From an uncultured Deinococcales bacterium (GTDB lineage Bacteria > Deinococcota > Deinococci > Deinococcales > JAAFIG01): a stretch of DNA of 15,945 nucleotides. Positions 1 to 7,831 of the stretch are shown here, piece after piece. The notes beneath the pieces are model-generated. The model ran no database searches. It was not told the origin of the DNA and saw nothing but the letters and a program-made list of their open reading frames with translations. Where the stretch lies: contig CAXTKV010000121.1 in the NCBI GenBank assembly GCA_964244895.1, positions 1 to 15,945 of the forward strand, written 5' to 3'. The first letter of the stretch is position 1; each line of letters begins with the position of its first letter. Made by a program: the position numbers and the translations under genes.

Positions 1-2
1 AA

Positions 3-527
3 ACCTACCGCGCGCAACTCGAGCTGTTGGGCTCGAGCCCCGAAATCGCGGACGTGCGCGCCCACATCAACCGCCGTATCCAGGATTTCAGCGCCAACCA
101 CCAGCGCAGCACGACCTTCGAGGTCGTTCGCGCCGAGGTCTACGACTTGCCGAACGGTCAGCGCGAGCTGCGTTTCGCTGGGGACGCGGTTCCGAACGGC
201 GTCAAGGTTTTCGACCTGGGCGTCGGCGTGACCGCGCGCGACGTTCAGGGCGTGTTGGACACGCAGTTCAACCTGATCCTGGGCATCAGCCTGGCCGCCA
301 TCGCCGCCGCGCTGGTGATCGCGATCATCGTCAGCCAACGCCTCGCCCGTCCGATTCTGGACATCACGTCCGCCGCCAACCGCATCAGCCTGGGTGAGAT
401 CCACACGCCCGTCACGGCGTTGTCCCAGAACGAAGCCGCCCGAGACGAGGTCGAGGATCTGGGTCGGGCCGTCGAGCGCCTGCGGCTCAGTCTGGTGCTG
501 GCCATGAAACGATCCAGGGTGCGCTGA
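3..527 (+). CDS. 5'-truncated membrane protein ending in a TM helix plus HAMP domain, with no output domain after the HAMP
   Basis: Frame is open from the window edge. Hydrophobic helix LILGISLAAIAAALVIAIIVS is followed by a HAMP pattern (RLARPILDITSAANRISLGE...RDEVEDLGRAVERLR); the stop follows about 12 aa later. Confidence 0.85.
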   Translation, partial: TYRAQLELLGSSPEIADVRAHINRRIQDFSANHQRSTTFEVVRAEVYDLPNGQRELRFAGDAVPNGVKVFDLGVGVTARDVQGVLDTQFNLILGISLAAIAAALVIAIIVSQRLARPILDITSAANRISLGEIHTPVTALSQNEAARDEVEDLGRAVERLRLSLVLAMKRSRVR

Positions 528-556
528 TGAAATCACTGACGAACCCAACGCGCAAC

Positions 557-626
557 CTCGAGAAAACACCGTCCCAGACGCTATTTCTTGGGCATCAAAA
601 ATCTGTGTCTGGAATGGTGCTCTCGA
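557..626. repeat. Palindromic intergenic element, family A, degenerate copy
   Basis: CTCGAGAAAACACCGTCCCAGACGC (557-581) ... GTGTCTGGAATGGTGCTCTCGA (605-626); imperfect inverted repeat similar to the clean copy at 3627-3672. Confidence 0.75.
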
Positions 627-690
627 CTCGAGAGACGGAGGGGTCGCCGCGCACCGACCTCTACGTTATCGGCAGAAGGCGGGGTGTCAC

Positions 691-1659
691 GTGATCAGAC
701 CGATTCAAAAACGCCAATCCCTCGGCGCGGACATCGCGCAGCAGTTGCAGGGAATGCTGGTCAACGGCACGTACAGACCCGGCGACCTGCTGCCCAGCCA
801 GCGTTCGCTGGCCGAACGCTTCGGCACCAGCCTGGCGAGCGTGCGCGAGGCCATCAGCATCCTGGCCGCCGCCGGGTTGATCGAGGCGCAACCGGGGCGC
901 GGCACGGTCGTGTGCGCCTTCCCGCAGGCCACGGGCAGCTTTAACGCGTGGCTGGGCGCGGTCAACCACCACACGGAAGCCCACGAGTTTCTCGAGGCGC
1001 GGCGTTTGCTGGAGCACTACACGATTCAGCACGCGGCGCAGAACGCCACGGTTGAACAACTCGCGGTGATTCGCGGCATCTTAGAGCAGATGGCGGACGC
1101 TCGAGACGACGTGGAGAGTTTCGTGCAGGCCGATTTCGCGCTGCATTTCGCCATCGCGGACGCGTGCGGTAACCGCGTCGTGGCGCGGATTCTGGACTTT
1201 ATTCACACGCCGCTCGCCAGTTTGCTGCGCACGCTCTGCGCTGCACTGTTCGAGGCGAAGGGCTTCGACCGCCTGCACGCCGCGCACGTCCGCATCGTCG
1301 AAGCACTCGAGCGACGGGACGCAGAGGCCGCGATTCTGGGCTTCGACGACATGCTCGATCAGGTCGCCAGCGCGGACGATCTGGAGCACGCGCTGCGCCA
1401 GAACGATCCCGCCAGCGACCCGCTCGGCCCGGCGTTTCTGGAGGACGTTCGATGGAACCTGACGCGATTGGTCGGGCCGATGGCGCAAGTGGTCATCACG
1501 GATGCCGCAGACGAACTGGGCGTGGTGCTCGAAGAGTTGCAGACGCACCAGCTCGAGCGCTTTTTGAAGCAGATCACCAAGCAATTGCCCGAAGGGAAAT
1601 TCGAGGAATTCGCCGTGCTGACGGATTTATTCACCCGGCGTTACGGTTCCAGGGGTTAA
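691..1659 (+). CDS. GntR/FadR-family regulator (wHTH + FCD) with an extra ~85-aa C-terminal domain
   Basis: GntR HTH PGDLLPSQRSLAERFGTSLASVREAI...GRGTVV; FCD features EARRLLE, ADFALHFAIADACGN, H..IVEALERRD; 322 aa versus the usual ~230-250. Confidence 0.93.
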   Translation: MIRPIQKRQSLGADIAQQLQGMLVNGTYRPGDLLPSQRSLAERFGTSLASVREAISILAAAGLIEAQPGRGTVVCAFPQATGSFNAWLGAVNHHTEAHEFLEARRLLEHYTIQHAAQNATVEQLAVIRGILEQMADARDDVESFVQADFALHFAIADACGNRVVARILDFIHTPLASLLRTLCAALFEAKGFDRLHAAHVRIVEALERRDAEAAILGFDDMLDQVASADDLEHALRQNDPASDPLGPAFLEDVRWNLTRLVGPMAQVVITDAADELGVVLEELQTHQLERFLKQITKQLPEGKFEEFAVLTDLFTRRYGSRG

Positions 1660-1768
1660 TGTTCGAGAAGCGGCAGGAGTCGCGCAGGTCTCTCCGCCTC
1701 GCGCATCGGAAAAGCTGATGCTCTATTCGACCTCCTGCGAACATCAGGCTCGAGAACGTGTTCGCGCG

Positions 1769-1837
1769 AGGGCAACCATCAAGGTTGTCCCTACAGGGCA
1801 GTGTTATAGGGGTCACCCTCGTGGTGACCCCTCCTAC
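1769..1837. repeat. GTAG-type REP doublet (family B)
   Basis: AGGGCAACCATCAAGGTTGTCCCTAC (1769-1794; reads GTAGGGACAACC.. on the minus strand) and ATAGGGGTCACC-CTCGT-GGTGACCCCT (1806-1832; perfect 10-bp stem), followed by CCTAC. Confidence 0.7.
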
Positions 1838-1948
1838 GAACGGCATTCGGTCACTTTCGCAAGGAAGTCTGTTCCGTCCTTCCCTGCCAAGCAGCGGGGG
1901 GCAAGAATCGTGCTGGAATCTCGAGGCTGGATGAATTCGTGAATACGG

Positions 1949-2008
1949 GAACACCGTCCAGGACAGCATTCTCGAGCCGAAGAAAATGGCGTGCTGAACG
2001 GTCTTCTC
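1949..2008. repeat. Palindromic intergenic element, family A
   Basis: GAACACCGTCCAGGAC (1949-1964) / GTGCTGAACGGTCTTC (1991-2006); 13/16 paired; CTCGAG in the loop at 1971. Confidence 0.8.
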
Positions 2009-2039
2009 GCGATCCTCCATTTCGAGCGAACGCAACCGT

Positions 2040-2045
2040 TACACT
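2040..2045 (+). promoter_or_regulatory. -10 box of a probable leaderless promoter
   Basis: TACACT, then 6 nt, then GTG at 2052; no SD. Confidence 0.7.
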
Positions 2046-2051
2046 TCGAGC

Positions 2052-2381
2052 GTGAAACTTCTGATGCTGGTTCACCGCGACGACGCCGCGCTGCAACGCT
2101 TCATCGACGCCGCGCGCGCCGAGAAGCTGGCGGGCTTCACGATCCTGCCCTCGCACGGCGTGGGGCGCGGCGCGGACGCGCACCCGACCGAATTCAGCGT
2201 GGGCGGTTTGCTGAACCTCCTCAAGGGCGACCGGCTCGAGAACACGACCGTCCTCTCGCTGGTGACCGAAGACCACCTGCTCAGAATGCTGGAACTGGTG
2301 CGGGCGCACCTGACGGATCTGGATCAGCCGGGCGGCGTCTACGCGGTGCTGCCCGTGGATGCGTTCGGCAGCCTCGAGTGA
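2052..2381 (+). CDS. PII-like (GlnB-fold) small protein
   Basis: 109 aa; MKLLMLV start, GFTILPSHGVGR (T-loop-base-like) and QPGGVYAVLPVD (B-loop/C-terminal-like) match the PII superfamily layout; lacks the canonical GlnB uridylylation Tyr motif. Confidence 0.75.
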   Translation: MKLLMLVHRDDAALQRFIDAARAEKLAGFTILPSHGVGRGADAHPTEFSVGGLLNLLKGDRLENTTVLSLVTEDHLLRMLELVRAHLTDLDQPGGVYAVLPVDAFGSLE

Positions 2382-2409
2382 TGAGCGGTATCAAAAACCT
2401 GGGGCCTTC

Positions 2410-3627
2410 GTGACGGCCTTTCTGGAACTCGCGCTGGTGCTGGGCGCGATCGTGCTGGGCGCGAAACTCTCCGGCTACGCCGCGTCCAGGGTCGGGCAAC
2501 CGATGGTCGTCGGCGAAATCGCGTTCGGTCTGATCCTGGGGCCGACCGCGCTCAATTTGCTCGGCTGGAACGGGTTCTCACACGCGGGCACGACCGCCGA
2601 AGTCGTGCACCTGCTGGCGGAACTCGGCGTGCTGTTGCTGATGTTCCTGGCGGGATTGGAAACCGATCTGGTCGCCATGCGAAAAGTCGGCGTTCCGGCG
2701 CTGAACACGGCCATCGGTGGCGTGATCGTGCCGTTTCTGGGCGGTTGGGCGCTCTCGAGCGCCATCGGCTTGCCGAGCGCTGAAAGCATCTTCATCGGCA
2801 CGGTTCTGACCGCCACCAGCGTCAGCATCAGCGCCCAAACCCTGATCGAACTGGGCAAATTGCGATCCAAGGAGGGCATGACGATCCTGGGCGCCGCCGT
2901 GATCGACGACGTGATCGGCATTCTGATGCTGTCCGTGGTGGTGGCGCTGTTCGGCAGCGGCGGGGCCGCACCGGTGAGCGTCTGGTTGGTAGCGCTCAAG
3001 ATGGTCGCCTTTTTTGCGCTCGGGATGCTGCTGGCTCGGCCCGCCAGGGCGTTCGTGCAGGGCTTCTCGAGGCTGCCCGTATCCGAACCCCTGCTGGCCG
3101 GAAGCATCGTGGTGGCGCTGGTATACGCCTTCGGTGCGGAAGTGCTGGGCGGCGTGGCTGCGATCACGGGCGCGTACCTGGCGGGCGTGATCCTGGGTCA
3201 GTTGGGCAGCAAACGCGAACTCGAGGAGAAAGCCCGAGCGCTCATTTACGCGCTGTTCGTACCAATTTTTTTCGTGGACATCGGGTTGGGCGCAAACCTG
3301 CGGGACGCGCTCGGTGGGCCGCTGCTGGGCTTCGGGATCGGCATCGTGGTGATCGCGCTGGTCGGCAAGGTGATTGGCGCGGGTGCGGGCGCGCTCGTCT
3401 CCAGGTTCAGCCTCGCGGAATCCTTGCGGGTCGGCACGGGCATGATTTCCAGGGGCGAGGTCGGGTTGATCGTGGCCGGAATCGGTGTGCAGCGCGGGTT
3501 GATCAACCGAGATGTCTTTTCGATCATGGTTTTGATGGTCGTGATTTCCACGCTGGTCGCGCCCGTGCTGTTGCGGCTGAGTTTCCCGAAGACCGCGCCG
3601 CCCGAGCCTGCCGCCGCGAGCGAATAA
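2410..3627 (+). CDS. CPA2-family cation:proton antiporter (NapA/GerN-like), no C-terminal RCK domain
   Basis: Motifs P.VVGEI..G.ILGP, LLMFLAGLETD, TATSVSIS, AAVIDDVIG, FVPIFFV.IG, GMISRGEVGLI. GTG 2410 chosen because GGGG lies at 2401-2404; the ORF-track start at 2359 overlaps the upstream gene. Confidence 0.93.
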   Translation: MTAFLELALVLGAIVLGAKLSGYAASRVGQPMVVGEIAFGLILGPTALNLLGWNGFSHAGTTAEVVHLLAELGVLLLMFLAGLETDLVAMRKVGVPALNTAIGGVIVPFLGGWALSSAIGLPSAESIFIGTVLTATSVSISAQTLIELGKLRSKEGMTILGAAVIDDVIGILMLSVVVALFGSGGAAPVSVWLVALKMVAFFALGMLLARPARAFVQGFSRLPVSEPLLAGSIVVALVYAFGAEVLGGVAAITGAYLAGVILGQLGSKRELEEKARALIYALFVPIFFVDIGLGANLRDALGGPLLGFGIGIVVIALVGKVIGAGAGALVSRFSLAESLRVGTGMISRGEVGLIVAGIGVQRGLINRDVFSIMVLMVVISTLVAPVLLRLSFPKTAPPEPAAASE

Positions 3628-3676
3628 ACACCGTCCAGCACGCATTGCACAAAACGCGTGCTGGACGGTGTTCTCG
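3627..3676. repeat. Palindromic intergenic element, family A, cleanest copy
   Basis: Perfect 17-bp IR AACACCGTCCAGCACGC (3627-3643) / GCGTGCTGGACGGTGTT (3656-3672), 12-nt loop, followed by CTCGA; overlaps the CPA2 TAA. Confidence 0.95.
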
Positions 3677-3731
3677 ATCATGACGCTCGAGAACAGGTTT
3701 GCGGGGTGGCGGTATCTCGGGCCTGAACGGT

Positions 3732-4283
3732 TCAGCCCGAGGCGATCAGTTCCTGCAACAGCTCGAAACCTTCAAGCCAATCGCCCAGACCGCTTTGCGC
3801 GTTGATGTGACCGACCGCGCCGACCGCGACCAACCGCGCGCCCCACGCGTCAGCGCAACGTCTCGAGTGTTCCAGGCTGCCGTAAGGGTCATCCGTACTG
3901 GCCACGACGATGCTCGAGAAGCCGAAAGGCTTGAGCGGCACCGGAGAAAACCCGCGAGCCCCACGCGGAAAATGCGCGCCCTCGGGATCGGGAACGGCGA
4001 CCAGCAAGGCGGCTTTGACACGCTTGCCCGAGCCGGACGCCCAGTGCGCGACCGCCAGGCACGCCAGGCTGTGCGCCACCAGGATCACGTCTCCTCGAGC
4101 TTGACCGACGACCAATTCGATGGCCTTCACCCATTCGTCTTTTTCTGGATGATCCCAATCGCGTTGCTGAACGCGGCGAAACGCGGGATTCTGTTTCTCC
4201 CAGAGACTCTGCCAGTGATCGGAGCCAGAATTGCCAATGCCGGGAAGAATCAATACACTCGGCTCGTGCGGGTCGCGGTCCAC
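3732..4283 (-). CDS. RBBP9/YdeN-family alpha/beta hydrolase
   Basis: LILPGIGNSG.DHWQ..WE, nucleophile elbow LVAHSLAC, VASTDDPY, GHIN...G.GDW. Confidence 0.93.
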   Translation of the reverse strand: MDRDPHEPSVLILPGIGNSGSDHWQSLWEKQNPAFRRVQQRDWDHPEKDEWVKAIELVVGQARGDVILVAHSLACLAVAHWASGSGKRVKAALLVAVPDPEGAHFPRGARGFSPVPLKPFGFSSIVVASTDDPYGSLEHSRRCADAWGARLVAVGAVGHINAQSGLGDWLEGFELLQELIASG

Positions 4284-4289
4284 GCCACC

Positions 4290-4295
4290 AGTTTA
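4290..4295 (-). promoter_or_regulatory. -10 box of a probable leaderless promoter
   Basis: Minus strand TAAACT, then 6 nt, then GTG at 4283. Confidence 0.7.
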
Positions 4296-4324
4296 AAAAC
4301 CGCAGCCGAAAACGGGAATGGGAT

Positions 4325-4843
4325 TTGATCGCTTTGAAACGCGCCTCGCCTCGAATCGCGAAAGAGAAACCCGCCGTGGCCTCGAATCCATCGCTGGACG
4401 CCAAAGACTGGAAGATTCTCGAGGCGCTGCAACGGGATGCGCGCCAGAGCCTTTCGGCCTTGGGCAAACGCATCGGCTTGTCTCAGCCCGCCATCAGCGA
4501 ACGAATCCGCAAACTCGAGGACGCGGGCGTGATCGAAGGCTACGGCGCGCGGCTCAACCTGCGACGCCTGGGGCTGGGCTTGCAGGCGATCATCCGGCTG
4601 CGCACCACGCACCAGCACATCAAATTTTGCACGGAGCACTTCGAGCGAACCCCGGAAATCCTGGAAGCCTTCCGCGTCACGGGCGAGGATTGTTTCATCG
4701 TCCGGTGCGCATTCCCGAGACCCGAAGACCTGGAACGCATCGTAGATGATCTGGCGCGCTACGGCGGCGTGACCACCATGCTGGTGCTGTCCAGCCCGGT
4801 CAGCAAACGCATCACGGCAGAAATCTTGAACGGGCGCGCCTGA
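4325..4843 (+). CDS. Lrp/AsnC-family regulator (start may be GTG 4376)
   Basis: LDAKDWKILEALQRDAR.S...LG..IGLS.PA..ERIRKLEDAGVIEGY; C-terminal RAM-like region with RVTGEDCF. Confidence 0.93.
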   Translation: MIALKRASPRIAKEKPAVASNPSLDAKDWKILEALQRDARQSLSALGKRIGLSQPAISERIRKLEDAGVIEGYGARLNLRRLGLGLQAIIRLRTTHQHIKFCTEHFERTPEILEAFRVTGEDCFIVRCAFPRPEDLERIVDDLARYGGVTTMLVLSSPVSKRITAEILNGRA

Positions 4844-4892
4844 TCTGATCGCGCTCAGAGCGCGTCGCGGTGGCGATCGACGACTCGAGACG

Positions 4893-5624
4893 CTACGCGC
4901 CCCCACCGATGCCGGACACCAGCCGCGCGATCAGGTAGGCCGCGCCCGCAGCCAGACCGCCGACCAGCGCCGTCTGGAACGCCCCGCGCAGCACCGGAAC
5001 GCCCGTGAACCGCGCCTTGACGCCACCGAAAATCACGAGCGCCACCAGGGTCACCACGACCGAAGCCAGGAGCGCCGTCGGAACTGGCAGCGGAAACACG
5101 TACGGCGCGAGCGGCACGATCCCTCCCGCGATGTACGCCCCGCCAATGGTCAAGGCGCTGCGCAGCGCGCGGCGGGGGTCAGGTTCCTCGAGTCCGAGTT
5201 CGTTGCGCATCATGAAGCGCACCCAGACGTCCGGTTTGGAGGTGATCGCCTCGGTCGCACCCTCGAGCGCCGCACCTTCCAGACCGTATTCCGCGAAGAT
5301 GCCGCGCACCTCGTCGCGTTCGGCCTCCGGGATGTCGCGAACCTCGCGGCGTTCGCGCTCGAGTTCCGCGTGGTAGTTCTCCTGCTCGCTGCGCGCCGCC
5401 AGGAAACCGCCCAGGCCCATCGCGATGCTGCCCGCCGCCATCTCCGCGACGCCCGCGACCAGCACGATGCTGGCGCTCGAGACCGCGCCCGAAAGCCCCG
5501 CAGCCAGCGCGAACGGCACCGTCAGGCCGTCGCTCATGCCGATCACGATGTCGCGCACGACCTCTGAACCCGTGAAGTGCTTCTCCTGGTGCTCAACCCT
5601 GGATACGATCACGTGCACCCCCAT
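4893..5624 (-). CDS. VIT1/CCC1-family Fe/Mn transporter
   Basis: RDIVIGMSDGLTVPFALAAG, AGSIAMGLGGFLAARSE, Glu-rich loop E..RE.RE....PE.E..E, FMMRNELG. Confidence 0.95.
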   Translation of the reverse strand: MGVHVIVSRVEHQEKHFTGSEVVRDIVIGMSDGLTVPFALAAGLSGAVSSASIVLVAGVAEMAAGSIAMGLGGFLAARSEQENYHAELERERREVRDIPEAERDEVRGIFAEYGLEGAALEGATEAITSKPDVWVRFMMRNELGLEEPDPRRALRSALTIGGAYIAGGIVPLAPYVFPLPVPTALLASVVVTLVALVIFGGVKARFTGVPVLRGAFQTALVGGLAAGAAYLIARLVSGIGGGA

Positions 5625-5630
5625 GGTTTG

Positions 5631-5636
5631 AGCCTA
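5631..5636 (-). promoter_or_regulatory. -10 box of a probable leaderless promoter
   Basis: Minus strand TAGGCT, then 6 nt, then ATG at 5624. Confidence 0.65.
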
Positions 5637-5745
5637 CACGAAGCCGCGACGGAATTCGCGACCTTCCAGTCCGCGATTTTAGCGGCAGGACGCGTCACGT
5701 TCACCTGCGCGGCTCAGGCTTCGAGAACGACCTGAGGCTCGAGAC

Positions 5746-5778
5746 AAAAAACTGGACGAGCGTTGCGCTCGTCCAGTT
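5746..5778 (-). terminator. Intrinsic terminator of rpmI-rplT
   Basis: Perfect 13-bp IR AACTGGACGAGCG-ttg-CGCTCGTCCAGTT (5750-5778); the A6 run at 5746-5751 gives a U-tail on the minus strand; 17 nt past the rplT stop. Confidence 0.88.
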
Positions 5779-5795
5779 CGGGTTCAGTCTTTCGG

Positions 5796-6160
<365 letters not shown>

Positions 6161-6161
<1 letters not shown>

Positions 6162-6364
6162 CAGCGATCACCGTAGGGCATCATGCGCTTGGCGCGTTTG
6201 GCGTCCACGTCTGCCAGAACGAAACCGACGCCTTTGGCCTGAATTTCGCTGCCGGACTTGTGGTAGCTGAGGTGGCGCTTGCCGCCCTTCCAGCCCATGA
6301 CCTTGCCCGTGCCGGTGATTTTCAACCGACTCGAGGCTGCTTTGACGGTTTTTTGCTTACCCAT
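6161..6364 (-). CDS. rpmI: 50S ribosomal protein L35
   Basis: 67 aa from ATG 6364 with [30 protein letters not shown]; its TGA overlaps the rplT ATG (TGATG). Confidence 0.95.
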
Positions 6365-6458
6365 GCGGTTCTCCTCGCTCGAGAGCGACGCTGTTCGCGT
6401 TCCCTGGAACCTGGCGGCCTGTTGGCACTTGAAAGCCGGGCTCACTTAGAGCCCGAAG

Positions 6459-6487
6459 AGTGTACACCAGGCCGGGGGGTTTTGAAA
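6459..6487 (-). promoter_or_regulatory. Probable rpmI-rplT promoter
   Basis: Minus strand TTTCAA-N17-TACACT, about 95 nt upstream of the rpmI ATG. Confidence 0.55.
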
Positions 6488-6656
6488 GTTCTTCCGGTCA
6501 AAACATCAATCCGTCCAGAACGTGCTGTCTGTGACGGGATTGCGTGAATCTCGGGTTCTGATGCTCGTGGCCGGGGAACGATCCTGATTTCGCGCGGGTC
6601 TCGAGAACGCGAATGTCTCCCGGAATGCGCCTCTCAACACGTGGGCGATTCCGGGG

Positions 6657-6702
6657 ACACCGTCCAGCACGCGCATCAGAAATACCGTGCTGGACGGTGT
6701 TC
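6657..6702. repeat. Palindromic intergenic element, family A
   Basis: Perfect 15-bp IR ACACCGTCCAGCACG (6657-6671) / CGTGCTGGACGGTGT (6686-6700); abuts the cobT stop (6703-6705). Confidence 0.93.
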
Positions 6703-7773
6703 TCAGCTTCCGCCCGGAATGCCCGCCTCCTCGAAGGTCATCATCTCGCTCAGGGTACGGGCGGCAGCCTCGAGGAGCGGCATGGCCAGCAGCGCGCCCG
6801 TGCCCTCGCCCAGCCGCAAGCGCAGGTCGAACAACGGCTCCAGGTGCAGATGCTCGAGTTGCGCCACGTGCCCCGGTTCCTGCGAGACGTGCGAGGCCGT
6901 CAGGAATGCGCCGACCTTCGGGTTCGCGGCGACTGCGACCAGCGCCGCCGCACCCGCGATGAAGCCGTCCACCACGACCGGCACGCGCAACGCCGCGCCC
7001 TGAAGCATCACGCCCGCCATGGCCGCAATTTCCAAGCCGCCCAGGTGCTCTAAGATGCCCAACCCATCCGTGGCTTCCAGCCCCGCGTTCCGGGCGCGCT
7101 CCAGAGCGCGTTCCACGGCGCGCACTTTTCGTTCCAGCGCGTCGTCCTGCACGCCCGTGCCGCGTCCCGTCACGGCGCGGGGCTCGAGTCCCGTGATGAG
7201 GGCCGTGATCGCCGCGCTGGGCGTCGTGTTGCCGATGCCCATGTCGCCCGCCGCGATCAGGGTCGCGCCGTCTCTGATGGCTTCCTGCGCCGCCTGAGCG
7301 CCGAGCATGATGGCCTGCACCGCCTCGAGCCTGGTCATGGCGGGTTCCACGGCGATGTTGCCCGCGCCGCGCCGCACCTTGCCCGCGATCAGGTCGGGAT
7401 GATCGGGCAGGTCAGCGTCAACGCCTGCGTCCAGCACGTAGACCCTCGCGCCGACCGCGCGCGCGATCGCGCTCACCGCCGCGCCGCCGCCCAGGAAGTT
7501 CGTGACCATCGCGGGCGTGACGCTGGACGGGAAGGCGCTCACGCCCTCACTGGTGACGCCGTGATCCCCGGCGCAGACGATCACGGCTTTGCCACGAATC
7601 ACGGGTTTTTCAGTGCCGTACACGCCCGCCAGCCAGACGGACAGGTCTTCCAGGCGACCCAACGAACCGGGCGGTTTGGTCAGTTGAGCTTGCCGACTGA
7701 GCGCGCGGGTTCTGGCGTCGGGGTCGGGTTCGGTGATGCTCGAGAGGAGGTTTTGCAGCGCGGCGTCGTTCAT
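6703..7773 (-). CDS. cobT: Nicotinate-nucleotide--dimethylbenzimidazole phosphoribosyltransferase
   Basis: LTKPPGSLGRLE, AGDHGV..EGVSAFP, GDMGIGNTT, GRGTG, VDGFI, LRLGEGTGA. ATG 7773 has SD AGGGG; the ORF-track start at 7803 lies inside a repeat. Confidence 0.97.
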   Translation of the reverse strand: MNDAALQNLLSSITEPDPDARTRALSRQAQLTKPPGSLGRLEDLSVWLAGVYGTEKPVIRGKAVIVCAGDHGVTSEGVSAFPSSVTPAMVTNFLGGGAAVSAIARAVGARVYVLDAGVDADLPDHPDLIAGKVRRGAGNIAVEPAMTRLEAVQAIMLGAQAAQEAIRDGATLIAAGDMGIGNTTPSAAITALITGLEPRAVTGRGTGVQDDALERKVRAVERALERARNAGLEATDGLGILEHLGGLEIAAMAGVMLQGAALRVPVVVDGFIAGAAALVAVAANPKVGAFLTASHVSQEPGHVAQLEHLHLEPLFDLRLRLGEGTGALLAMPLLEAAARTLSEMMTFEEAGIPGGS

Positions 7774-7788
7774 AGGTTCCCCTGTGAA

Positions 7789-7830
7789 AACACCGTCCAG
7801 CACGCATTCAACGATTCAGGTGCTGGACGG
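7789..7830. repeat. Palindromic intergenic element, family A, between cobU and cobT
   Basis: AACACCGTCCAGCACGC (7789-7805) / GTGCTGGACGG (7820-7830); the right arm is cut short 1 nt from the cobU stop. Confidence 0.9.
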
Positions 7831-7831
7831 C

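Noticed and set aside
1718..1942. Small ORFs in the 1660-2050 gap
   Set aside because: They are translations of REP hairpins with no SD or leaderless signal and no recognisable motif.
2578..3681. Long antisense ORFs (2578..3681, 8652..9704, 9613..10800, 11042..11923, 12030..12905 and similar)
   Set aside because: Shadow frames of well-supported genes in GC-rich DNA; Arg/Gln/His-rich with no family motifs and no coupling signals.
5750..5778. rplT terminator as a family-A copy (shares CTGGACG/CGTCCAG)
   Set aside because: Arms are in the opposite order, only 7 nt are shared, and it has a proper U-tail; treated as an ordinary terminator.
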